Source of the DNA: Nanobdella aerobiophila
Lineage (GTDB): Archaea > Nanobdellota > Nanobdellia > Nanobdellales > Nanobdellaceae
Reading direction: 5' to 3'
Length of the DNA: 32,000 nucleotides
Assembly (NCBI RefSeq): GCF_023169545.1
Contig: NZ_AP019769.1
Location: forward strand, 150,001-182,000
How positions within the stretch are numbered: position 1 is the first letter of the stretch; the number at the start of each line of letters is the position of its first letter. Positions 1 to 8,184 of the stretch are shown here, piece after piece. Position numbers and translations under genes: made by a program. The notes under the pieces were generated by a model, which ran no database searches, was not told where the DNA came from, and saw nothing but the letters and a program-made list of their open reading frames with translations.

Positions 1-57
1 GAACAAGAAATATTACAGTTAAGAAGAAATAATAATTTTAGGGATTATAAAATATGA
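1..57 (+). CDS. C-terminal tail of a gene truncated by the window edge, probable antitoxin partner of the downstream PIN toxin
   Basis: Frame 1 reads EQEILQLRRNNNFRDYKI* and its stop overlaps the PIN ATG at 54 (ATGA). This coupling is typical of VapB-VapC. Confidence 0.5.
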   Translation, partial: EQEILQLRRNNNFRDYKI

Positions 58-419
58 ATATACTTGATACATCTTTTCTAATTGAATTAATAAGAAATAA
101 TAATTTGCAAGATTATATTGATAATTATATATCTATAATAACATTGGAGGAGATTTTAAGAGCATTAGATAAAAATAAAAGACAAAAGATTAAAGAATTA
201 TTAACAAATGCATTAAGTATAATTAATATAGATCAGGAAATAGTTGAAATTTATTCAGATATATTTTATACATTAAAAAATAATGGAAAAATTAAAAATG
301 ATGCAGATATTATCATTTCTGCTACTGCAATTAAATATAATACAGAAATATTGACAAAAGATAAAGATTTTATAGATATAAAAGAATATTATCCAGAATT
401 AAAAGTTAAAATTATTTAA
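54..419 (+). CDS. PIN domain protein, VapC-type toxin ribonuclease
   Basis: 121 aa with N-terminal MNILDTSFLIELI, central acidic residues and C-terminal NDADIIISATAIKYNTEILTKDKDF, the PIN active-site pattern. Confidence 0.85.
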   Translation: MNILDTSFLIELIRNNNLQDYIDNYISIITLEEILRALDKNKRQKIKELLTNALSIINIDQEIVEIYSDIFYTLKNNGKIKNDADIIISATAIKYNTEILTKDKDFIDIKEYYPELKVKII

Positions 420-532
420 TAACATTTCTATATTTGTGAATAAAATGATTTTAAAAAATTAGGGAATTTTTTATTTTCATGTAAAAATTATATTGGTAAT
501 TTTTTATATATTCTAAAAGAGAATAAATATAT

Positions 533-613
533 GTAAATCTTATATATTATATTGGAGACTTTAATACAGTAAAAAAGTTAGAAGGAAAAGAAAGAAATAT
601 AATATCAAAATAA
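533..613 (+). pseudogene. possible N-terminal remnant of a PIN/VapC gene
   Basis: Open frame reads VNLIYYIGDFNTVKKLEGKERNIISK*, resembling a VapC N-terminus of the form DTNxLIYYxxGD, without a start or the DT residues. Confidence 0.3.
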
Positions 614-624
614 TTTAAAAATAG

Positions 625-1857
625 TTATATTTTTACTAAATTTATTATATCATTTACATCTAATACTTCAATATTTTCTGGATAATATTCTAGATTATTT
701 TTATTAGGTAATATTAATATCTTTCTACAATTAAATTTATTTAATTTATTTTCTATTTCTTTTATCTCATTTTTATCAATATAATCTTTCCATTTTACTT
801 CTCCCACAATTTTTAATTCTTTAAATTTAAATAATGAAATATCTATTTCATAATTTTTTTCAACTATCTTATAATAATTTAATCCATAAATCTTTGATAA
901 TAAGGAATTAAAGAAATATTCAACATGGAATGGTATTTTATCATTTACTACTTCTTTTATTATTTCATAGACTATATCATTTTCCGATATTCCATATTTA
1001 CCTTCTAAATAAAAATATATATCTAATAATGGAGAAGAAATTATATAATAATCAAATTTTTTATTAAATACATTTATTTTATTTATTAAACCAATATTTT
1101 GTAATATTTTTAGATAACTTTGTATTATACTTGGATCATCTTTTTCAATTATTTTCTTAGAAAATAAATATGAAGATATTTCAGTAGATTTATTTTTTCC
1201 AGATGCAATTGATGTTAAAATATTGATATATGTTTTATTTAATTCTCTTTCTTCTTCATTAAATATTTCTCCTATTAAACTTTCAAATGTATACTTATTT
1301 TCTTTAAATATTCTTGCTAATTCTTCTCTTATATTTCCTTTTACAAAATCTATTATCCATGGTTCTCTAAAATATATTGCTTTTTCTATTAATTCTTTTC
1401 CATTTTCTTTATCTATTAAATATTTTATTATATCTCTTTCATCAATTAAATCTATTCTAAATTCTTCAAACAATCCTAATAGTGGTGAATGCTTTTCTAA
1501 AATTTTTTTAGATAAAAATAATGTAGAAGTAATTAATATAAGATTTATTTTTTCATAATTCGCATGTATAAAATCTAACAAATCTTCTTGTAATCTTTGA
1601 AATTCATCTATAACAACTTTTTTTCTAGATAATAAAATATCTTTTAAATAATCATATGATATATCCTTATTATTTATTATATCTATTATTCCTCCATCTC
1701 TTTTTATAAAGAAATAATAATCATAATTTGTAAAGTTTTTAATAAAAAAAGATTTACCAGTTTTTCTTCTTCCATAAACGAAAACTCTATTACCAATTTT
1801 TTCCCATCTTTTTAGATCTTCATATCTAATAACTATATTCATCATATGTATAATCAT
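625..1857 (-). CDS. archaeal AAA ATPase (ATPase_2/DUF234-like family)
   Basis: 410 aa with Walker A YGRRKTGKSFF, Walker B KKVVIDEFQRL and a C-terminal nuclease-like region (YYKIVEKNYEIDISLFKFKELKIVGEVKW). Confidence 0.8.
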   Translation of the reverse strand: MIIHMMNIVIRYEDLKRWEKIGNRVFVYGRRKTGKSFFIKNFTNYDYYFFIKRDGGIIDIINNKDISYDYLKDILLSRKKVVIDEFQRLQEDLLDFIHANYEKINLILITSTLFLSKKILEKHSPLLGLFEEFRIDLIDERDIIKYLIDKENGKELIEKAIYFREPWIIDFVKGNIREELARIFKENKYTFESLIGEIFNEEERELNKTYINILTSIASGKNKSTEISSYLFSKKIIEKDDPSIIQSYLKILQNIGLINKINVFNKKFDYYIISSPLLDIYFYLEGKYGISENDIVYEIIKEVVNDKIPFHVEYFFNSLLSKIYGLNYYKIVEKNYEIDISLFKFKELKIVGEVKWKDYIDKNEIKEIENKLNKFNCRKILILPNKNNLEYYPENIEVLDVNDIINLVKI

Positions 1858-2105
1858 GGTTATACATTTTATAAATATAATTCATTATTATGGAATTATA
1901 AAAGATAAATTATACTAGATTTTTATAAAATAAGTATAGCTCTTCTGTTAGATGATTTATTAATAATTTTAAATAGATTAGAATTATTAGTTTTTAATAA
2001 AAATAATCTTTATTTAAGTAGTACAAAATAATAAAATATTAAGTTAGTGTCTTTATGAATTATTAAATATTTATGTTACAAAGTAAGATTCCGTAAAGTT
2101 ATAAA

Positions 2106-2127
2106 ATGGAAAATACAATTTTTCCAT
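2106..2127. promoter_or_regulatory. inverted repeat immediately upstream of the degraded antitoxin start, possible operator
   Basis: ATGGAAAA-TACAAT-TTTTCCAT, two perfect 8-nt arms. A TATA-like TTATAAA precedes it and the ATG is at 2128. Confidence 0.4.
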
Positions 2128-2371
2128 ATGAAAGAAAGAGTAACATTATTCTGAAGGTAGATTATATATACCTAAATCAATAAGGGAAAAGTTTAAATCA
2201 AAAAGATTTATAATAAAAGTTGAAGATAATAAAATAATTCTAATACCTGAAAATAATGATGAAATAGAAAAATTATATGGAATAATAAAAGTAAAAGAAA
2301 AAATAGAAGATATAGATAAATTAATAGAAGAAAAGACAAAAGAAATATTGAATAATGAAGGTTTGTATTGA
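2128..2371 (+). pseudogene. degraded AbrB/VapB-type antitoxin
   Basis: The homologous frame is broken: MKERVTLF* / ...ILKVDYIPKSIREKFKSK / DFIIKVEDNKIILIPENNDEIEKLYGIIKVKEKIEDIDKLIEEKTKEILNNEGLY*. The IPKSIREKF motif is typical of AbrB/SpoVT antitoxins. Confidence 0.7.
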
Positions 2372-2590
2372 TGTAAATATATTATATTATTTTTTAACTA
2401 GAGATAAAAATTTGGAGATAGATCAAAGGAATTAATAAGGAAATATTATGGTAATTTATATACATCAGTTTTAACCCTCTGGTTATTGTATGTTTTAACT
2501 AAATATAAAAATGTATACGATTATCTAAAATTGAAAAATAAATCTTATTTATTTCTTTTTTTATTTGATTTTTGCTTAAATAAGTTATAA
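2364..2590 (+). pseudogene. degraded PIN/VapC toxin paired with the antitoxin remnant
   Basis: CIDVNIILLFFN*R*KFGDRSKELIRKYYGN, then a frameshift, then TSVLTLWLLYVLTKYKNVYDYLKLKNK. At least two stops and one frameshift in a PIN-like reading. Confidence 0.6.
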
Positions 2591-3038
2591 TTAAATTTTA
2601 TATTTTTATATATTTGAGGATTATATATTTATTGTATAAATAATAATCATGGAAGATTTAGTAAATTATTAAGTCTTCTATAGTATGTAAGTTTCTAATA
2701 TCTTTATAAAATTAGTGGATATTTTAACAATTTTGTTAATCCAGTATAGAGTATCTTTATTATTTATATATTTGTTATTAATTAAATTTAAAATTTATTT
2801 TCTTTATTTTCTTCCATTTAGAATATTTATAATATAAAATATCTTAATTCTTTTCTAATAGCTTTTTATTAATTCGTATATTCATCTTGTTTAGAACTTT
2901 AAACTTATTATTTTTTATGAATTATTATTAAATTATTAATATAATGCTAATAAAAACCAAATTTTATTAAATATAGTTTTTATACCAATCTAAAATTTAT
3001 ACTAAAATTTATAAATTATAATAAATTATCCTAATAAT

Positions 3039-4295
3039 ATGAAATCTATTTCTCCAATAATAGCAACTATTCTATTAATAGTTATTGTTGTTGCAATGGC
3101 AGGATTAACATATGCATTTATTACAGGTATGTTTAGTGGATTATTATCTTCTACAAGTTCTCAAGTTCAGAAATATGGATCTATATCAAATATAGAGATA
3201 GCTAATGGATTCTTATATAATTATGAAGATAATTTGGTATTTTACGCGCCTTTAGATAATGAATATTTTAATGTTTATACTGGTAATTTATACCAGCCAA
3301 TAGATTATCCAAGTAATATATCTACCGTTACTTATGCTTATACTCCATATGGTAGCACTCCAGGTATTGTTATCAATGCAACTTTAGTTCCCGGGTTATA
3401 TGATTATGCTTTTCAATTTGATGGAAATGATAGCTATATATATTTCCCAAATATTACACAAGTAGTCAGTGCAAAACTCACTTATCCAGAATATATAACT
3501 TCCAGCACGTGTGGTTGGGTACCAAATCCATACAATAATTATACTAACCAAGTCACTGAAATGATATATTTTAAACCTGCAGGTAATAATGTTGGACCTT
3601 TTTTTTGTGGAAATAATTGTTATTCCGAAGCCCCAGCTACATCTTTTTGGCAGATACAATATAATCTCGGTCTAACTTATTTTTCTAATAATACCATACA
3701 AGTGTGTATTGGTGGAGATGTACAGACAAATGAAAGTCCAGGTTGGTTGACTTATTGCTGGAACACTACTTCAATACCTAATAATTGGTTTTTTGTTGTA
3801 GCAGAAGGAAAAGTAAATTCTACAGGATATTATGAAAGATTATTTATAAATGGACAATTAGTAGAAACATATTATAATAATACTCCATTAGGGATAACCG
3901 AAAATTTATACTGTCCTGGAACTCCTGGATATGGAATAAGCGGTTCAAATAACTGGCATAACTTTAATGGAACAATAGAAGGATGGGGGATTTATGATCA
4001 ATGGTTACCGGAAAATATAATAGAAAATATGTTTTATAGAATAAATTTGATTTTATATAACTCAGGAAATACTCCTGTAAATTTGAATAATACAGTAATA
4101 TCCATAGATAACTGTGCTTTTCCATTAATATATAATCAAACATTTATAACTTCTACAAATTCTCCAATAGTCTTGCCAAATCAGCAAATAATATTGAAAG
4201 TTGCAAATACACAATGTTTTATTCAAAAGAATAATTATCATCAAGTTTGCTTATTTTACAATGGTCAATCTACCTGTTCTAATGTATTGATCTAA
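3039..4295 (+). CDS. secreted protein with type IV pilin/archaellin-like N-terminus and a concanavalin A/LamG-like domain
   Basis: MKSISPIIATILLIVIVVAMAGLTYAFITGM resembles archaeal pilin N-terminal segments. Then NNLVFYAPLDNE...YAFQFDGNDSYIYFPN...RLFINGQLVETY...FNGTIEGWGIYDQWLPENIIENMFYR is a LamG_3-like pattern. Confidence 0.75.
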   Translation: MKSISPIIATILLIVIVVAMAGLTYAFITGMFSGLLSSTSSQVQKYGSISNIEIANGFLYNYEDNLVFYAPLDNEYFNVYTGNLYQPIDYPSNISTVTYAYTPYGSTPGIVINATLVPGLYDYAFQFDGNDSYIYFPNITQVVSAKLTYPEYITSSTCGWVPNPYNNYTNQVTEMIYFKPAGNNVGPFFCGNNCYSEAPATSFWQIQYNLGLTYFSNNTIQVCIGGDVQTNESPGWLTYCWNTTSIPNNWFFVVAEGKVNSTGYYERLFINGQLVETYYNNTPLGITENLYCPGTPGYGISGSNNWHNFNGTIEGWGIYDQWLPENIIENMFYRINLILYNSGNTPVNLNNTVISIDNCAFPLIYNQTFITSTNSPIVLPNQQIILKVANTQCFIQKNNYHQVCLFYNGQSTCSNVLI

Positions 4296-4319
4296 ATGTT
4301 TTTGGATCATGAAATATGT

Positions 4320-4374
4320 AAGTACCTTATATACTATGACGGATAATTGCTGTTATCCGACATCAATGTACTTA
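4320..4374. other. nested inverted repeat in a convergent intergenic region, possible terminator or structured RNA
   Basis: Outer arms AAGTAC/GTACTT and perfect inner arms CGGATAA-TTGCTG-TTATCCG (4340-4359). Confidence 0.35.
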
Positions 4375-4458
4375 TTTATTGTATATTTATCAATATATTT
4401 ATGAAAATAAAATAAAAATTTAATTATATCAAAAAACAATAAAAAAGAGTTATAGTAA

Positions 4459-5346
4459 TTATTTATTTTTTATTTCCCAATAAGCTTGATCAAATGCTTT
4501 ATTTATTTCATCTATTATATTAGTTAAATTATTAATATCAGATGTTTTTATAATTACATTAAATACATTTGTTGATCCATTTTTTGTAGAAAATATTATA
4601 TTATACTCATAATTATTTCTTTTATTCTTTAATATATTGATTACATTATCTATTAATTTATTTCCGTCTACATCCGCATTTACAGTTACTTGTAATGGAT
4701 ATATAATCCTTTCATTATAATCTTTTAATTTTTGAAATATAGAATTACCTAAAAATGCAGAATTTGGTATTTTTACTATATTTCCATATATAGTTAATAC
4801 TTCTGTAAATAATAAAGATATTTTTTCTACTTTACCTATTATAGGATTACCCCATATCCATGAACTTATAGATACTGCATCATTTGGTTTTATTGTTTTA
4901 CTAGAGGTTACTAGAAAACCTGATAATATATTTTGTGCTATGGTTTGTACAGCTAAACCAATAATTATACCACCTATAGAACCAGCTAATATTATATTTG
5001 TTATATTTATATTGAATATCGATAATATAATTAATATTATAATTAAATAAAAAATTATATCTATTATATAATTTACTATATTTGTTGTAGATTTTTCACT
5101 CTTTCTTAAGAATTGATTATATATTATCTTTTTTATAGTTCTTATAATAAATAATCCAGCTATAATTACTATTATACCTTCAATTATCTTTAATATATAT
5201 GGTTCTAAAAACACTATATATTTGTACATCTCAGAGCTTTTTGGTAAATATGATATAAATATTGGAAAATAATAATTTATCAAATAATATATAATTAATA
5301 AAAATATTATTATTCCTGCTATTTTTATTATATTCTTCTTAGACAT
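4459..5346 (-). CDS. MscS-family small-conductance mechanosensitive channel
   Basis: Several TM segments, then ILAGSIGGIIIGLAVQTIAQNILSGFLVTSSKTIKPNDAVSI...VEKISLLFTEVLTIYGNIVKIPNSAFLGNSI, the MscS core signature. Confidence 0.9.
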   Translation of the reverse strand: MSKKNIIKIAGIIIFLLIIYYLINYYFPIFISYLPKSSEMYKYIVFLEPYILKIIEGIIVIIAGLFIIRTIKKIIYNQFLRKSEKSTTNIVNYIIDIIFYLIIILIILSIFNINITNIILAGSIGGIIIGLAVQTIAQNILSGFLVTSSKTIKPNDAVSISSWIWGNPIIGKVEKISLLFTEVLTIYGNIVKIPNSAFLGNSIFQKLKDYNERIIYPLQVTVNADVDGNKLIDNVINILKNKRNNYEYNIIFSTKNGSTNVFNVIIKTSDINNLTNIIDEINKAFDQAYWEIKNK

Positions 5347-5382
5347 TGGGTCTATTTATATAATAATATTTAAAAATATTGT

Positions 5383-6150
5383 ATGTATACCTTACTAATG
5401 ATATACATATTATATGAAGTTTTATATTTAATATTTGCTTCTATAGTTTTTTATTTATTATATAATAAGTTTACTTGGAAAGTAAATAATAGAGCTATAT
5501 TTATTGGATTTTTATTTATGTTATTGGCAGTTATTATACAATCAATTATTCAAGATATTCCCGCTGATATTATAGCAATTAGTTTTATTCTAAAAGGTGG
5601 GCTTATACATAATTTAGCAAATTTAAATAATATAATATTAAATATTATAAGACCATATTATATAATATATGGAATATATTTAGGTATTATTGCAGGATTA
5701 GCACAAGAAATTGCTAGATATTATTCTGTAAAAAATAAGGATCCAAGATTATCAATATATTATGGTTATGGTTTTGCATTAGTAGATATTATTGTTGCTA
5801 TATTATCTTTATTTACTAATAATAGTACCATAATTATAATAACAATTGTTGGTGTACTATTACAACCTTTTATATCATATATATATCATCCTGGTGCATC
5901 AATGCTATTAAGAGCAAAGCAAGAAAATAATAAAGGTATAATATATTTATTGTATTTAATATTTGTTCATGCTTATGTAGATGGATTTACAGCAGTAATA
6001 GATTTATCAATAAAATTTAATAGTTTAAATGAGTATATCTTACTTAATTTATCTTATATATATTTTATAACAATTATAATAATTCCATTGGTTATATTTT
6101 ATCTTGGATATAGGAATATTAGAAGACTAATAGTTGAAGTTGATTTATAA
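5383..6150 (+). CDS. multi-pass membrane protein, YhfC-like intramembrane protease family
   Basis: 255 aa, about 7 TM, motifs GIIAGLAQEIARYYSV and IYYGYGFALVD and a later HAYVDG. Confidence 0.5.
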   Translation: MYTLLMIYILYEVLYLIFASIVFYLLYNKFTWKVNNRAIFIGFLFMLLAVIIQSIIQDIPADIIAISFILKGGLIHNLANLNNIILNIIRPYYIIYGIYLGIIAGLAQEIARYYSVKNKDPRLSIYYGYGFALVDIIVAILSLFTNNSTIIIITIVGVLLQPFISYIYHPGASMLLRAKQENNKGIIYLLYLIFVHAYVDGFTAVIDLSIKFNSLNEYILLNLSYIYFITIIIIPLVIFYLGYRNIRRLIVEVDL

Positions 6151-6198
6151 TTACTATTGCGTAATAATATATAAAACTTTTTTTAAAATAACATTAAG

Positions 6199-6567
6199 AT
6201 GGATATAAATATATTATTACTAATAGTTGAATTTATATTATTGGGGGTAATACTTATAGATAAGAGGATATCTTATAGTATTGGGTTAATATTAGTATTA
6301 TTATCAATTCTAGCTTTATTGATAAATTTATTTGGATATATAATAGGAATTAATGGATTAACTATACTTTATTCAATGATTATAGTAACATTTGGTATTC
6401 TATTATTCTATTATTTCGGTATAATTGATGTATCAGTTTTCATAATTTCGATTTCGACGATATTGGTTTCTTCTATTATTATATATATATCCGTTCCATA
6501 TTTAATACCGAATATGTTTAGTAATAATATTCTATTGCCAATTGTTGCAGCATCTCCAATATACTAA
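6199..6567 (+). CDS. small multi-pass membrane protein of unknown function
   Basis: 122 aa, almost entirely hydrophobic. Overlaps the glycosyltransferase start by 1 nt, so likely co-transcribed. Confidence 0.6.
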   Translation: MDINILLLIVEFILLGVILIDKRISYSIGLILVLLSILALLINLFGYIIGINGLTILYSMIIVTFGILLFYYFGIIDVSVFIISISTILVSSIIIYISVPYLIPNMFSNNILLPIVAASPIY

Positions 6568-8135
6568 TGCTATTATTTATATCGGCAATATTACTATTAT
6601 TGGATATATTAATATTATCATTTTTTGATTTAAGATATATAATAAATTATGAGAGGGAAATAGAGATCCCAAATTATAGAGATTTAGATTCTAGAAAGAC
6701 ATTATTTGTCTTATTTCCAGTAAAAAATGAGAATCAAGATATGATAATAAATAAAATAGAGTATTTAAAAAATATCGAGAATAAATATGATAAATTAGAT
6801 TTGAACTTTGTCTTTATAGACGATACAAGTATGGATAGAGAAGATAAGGTAATAAATTATCTAGAGAATAATATGGAAGATAAGTATATGGACTCTAAAT
6901 TTATTATATATAAATTGGCAAATATATTATATATATTCAGATTAAATGGTATAAAAAGAAAAGGAAAAGCTCTAGATGATACAATATATTATTTAAAGAA
7001 TAAATATAATATAGATTATGTTTCTATATATGATTTTGAATGGACCGTAACTGTAGAATACCTATATAAAGGATTATGTATATTAGAATCGAATAAAGAT
7101 TTATCATTTATATATTGGAATAGAAGAACAGTACCTGTAGATTATTTTCATAAAATAGTCGGGATATATGTAGATACATTTTTCCAAATAGGATTACCAA
7201 TGAAGAATTTACTTGATAATATATCCATGATACATGGATCTTGTGGTATCATAAGATTAGAGGCTTATTTTAAATCTGGAGGATTTACAGCTCATCTTAC
7301 TGAAGATGCTTCATTGACCTTGAGAATGTATATAAATGGGTATAAAGGATTATATATACGAAGGTGGGTTGAATACGGGCAAAATCTACCACCTAACTTT
7401 AATGTTGCATTGAAAACTTTAAGGAGATGGCAGACTGGTACTTTTGATGTTGTAATTTCAAATTTTATTAATTTAATAAAAAATAAAAAATTATCATTTA
7501 AGCAAAAGTCAAGTTTTATCCACATGTTTTCGGCAGTTTTTTTACCTTTAATATCTTTTATACTAATTATTATAAGTATAATGTCTATATATTTAAATAT
7601 AAGTTCTAAATTTTACCAACATACATTTTTATTTTTTTATCTATCGCCTATATACATTATAGGAATAATATTATCGGAATATTATATTGTGGAGAAGATG
7701 ATATATAATAAAGGATCTTTAAAGGACGCATTTTTGGTATTATTGATTAGTTGGGGTATCTCTGCACTAACTATAGTGTATTATTTAAGGAGAATAATTC
7801 TTGGGTTGGATAATCAATGGATTGTTACTAAGAAGCAGATTACTAGTTATAAATATGATATATATTCTATTTTAGTTCTATCAATATTTTTATTAATAAA
7901 TTTATCATTCTTTATTAATTCTTTACATTATCTAATATACTATTATAATTATACAAGTACGTTATATGTATTATTTTCTTTATTTATTGGTAATTTATCT
8001 ACTATTATCTGGATATTATCTATATTTTTGTTATTTTATCTACAATATAAGAGTAAGCATTCTGAATCTAGAACTCCAAAGAATCTATTGTATATAGGGA
8101 TTGCAAATATAAATAATAGAGGGAATAATAAATAA
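6567..8135 (+). CDS. membrane glycosyltransferase family 2, cellulose synthase-like
   Basis: 522 aa; LFPVKNENQDMIINKIEYL, FIDDTS, GKALDDTIYYL, GGFTAHLTEDASLTLRMYINGYKGLYI, LRRWQTGTFD, and several C-terminal TM segments. Confidence 0.8.
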   Translation: MLLFISAILLLLDILILSFFDLRYIINYEREIEIPNYRDLDSRKTLFVLFPVKNENQDMIINKIEYLKNIENKYDKLDLNFVFIDDTSMDREDKVINYLENNMEDKYMDSKFIIYKLANILYIFRLNGIKRKGKALDDTIYYLKNKYNIDYVSIYDFEWTVTVEYLYKGLCILESNKDLSFIYWNRRTVPVDYFHKIVGIYVDTFFQIGLPMKNLLDNISMIHGSCGIIRLEAYFKSGGFTAHLTEDASLTLRMYINGYKGLYIRRWVEYGQNLPPNFNVALKTLRRWQTGTFDVVISNFINLIKNKKLSFKQKSSFIHMFSAVFLPLISFILIIISIMSIYLNISSKFYQHTFLFFYLSPIYIIGIILSEYYIVEKMIYNKGSLKDAFLVLLISWGISALTIVYYLRRIILGLDNQWIVTKKQITSYKYDIYSILVLSIFLLINLSFFINSLHYLIYYYNYTSTLYVLFSLFIGNLSTIIWILSIFLLFYLQYKSKHSESRTPKNLLYIGIANINNRGNNK

Positions 8136-8184
8136 TCCCCCTTATAAATATTATATTTTAATATCTTTTTTATAATTTTTATTA

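Noticed and set aside
1223-1558. 111-aa plus-strand ORF inside the minus-strand AAA ATPase gene
   Set aside because: Antisense shadow ORF with Ser/Ile/Leu-rich composition. The opposite strand encodes a recognisable ATPase.
3396-3659. 87-aa minus-strand ORF within the pilin-like/LamG gene
   Set aside because: Shadow ORF with no independent support.
7292-7525. 77-aa minus-strand ORF within the GT2 gene
   Set aside because: Shadow ORF over conserved GT2 motifs.
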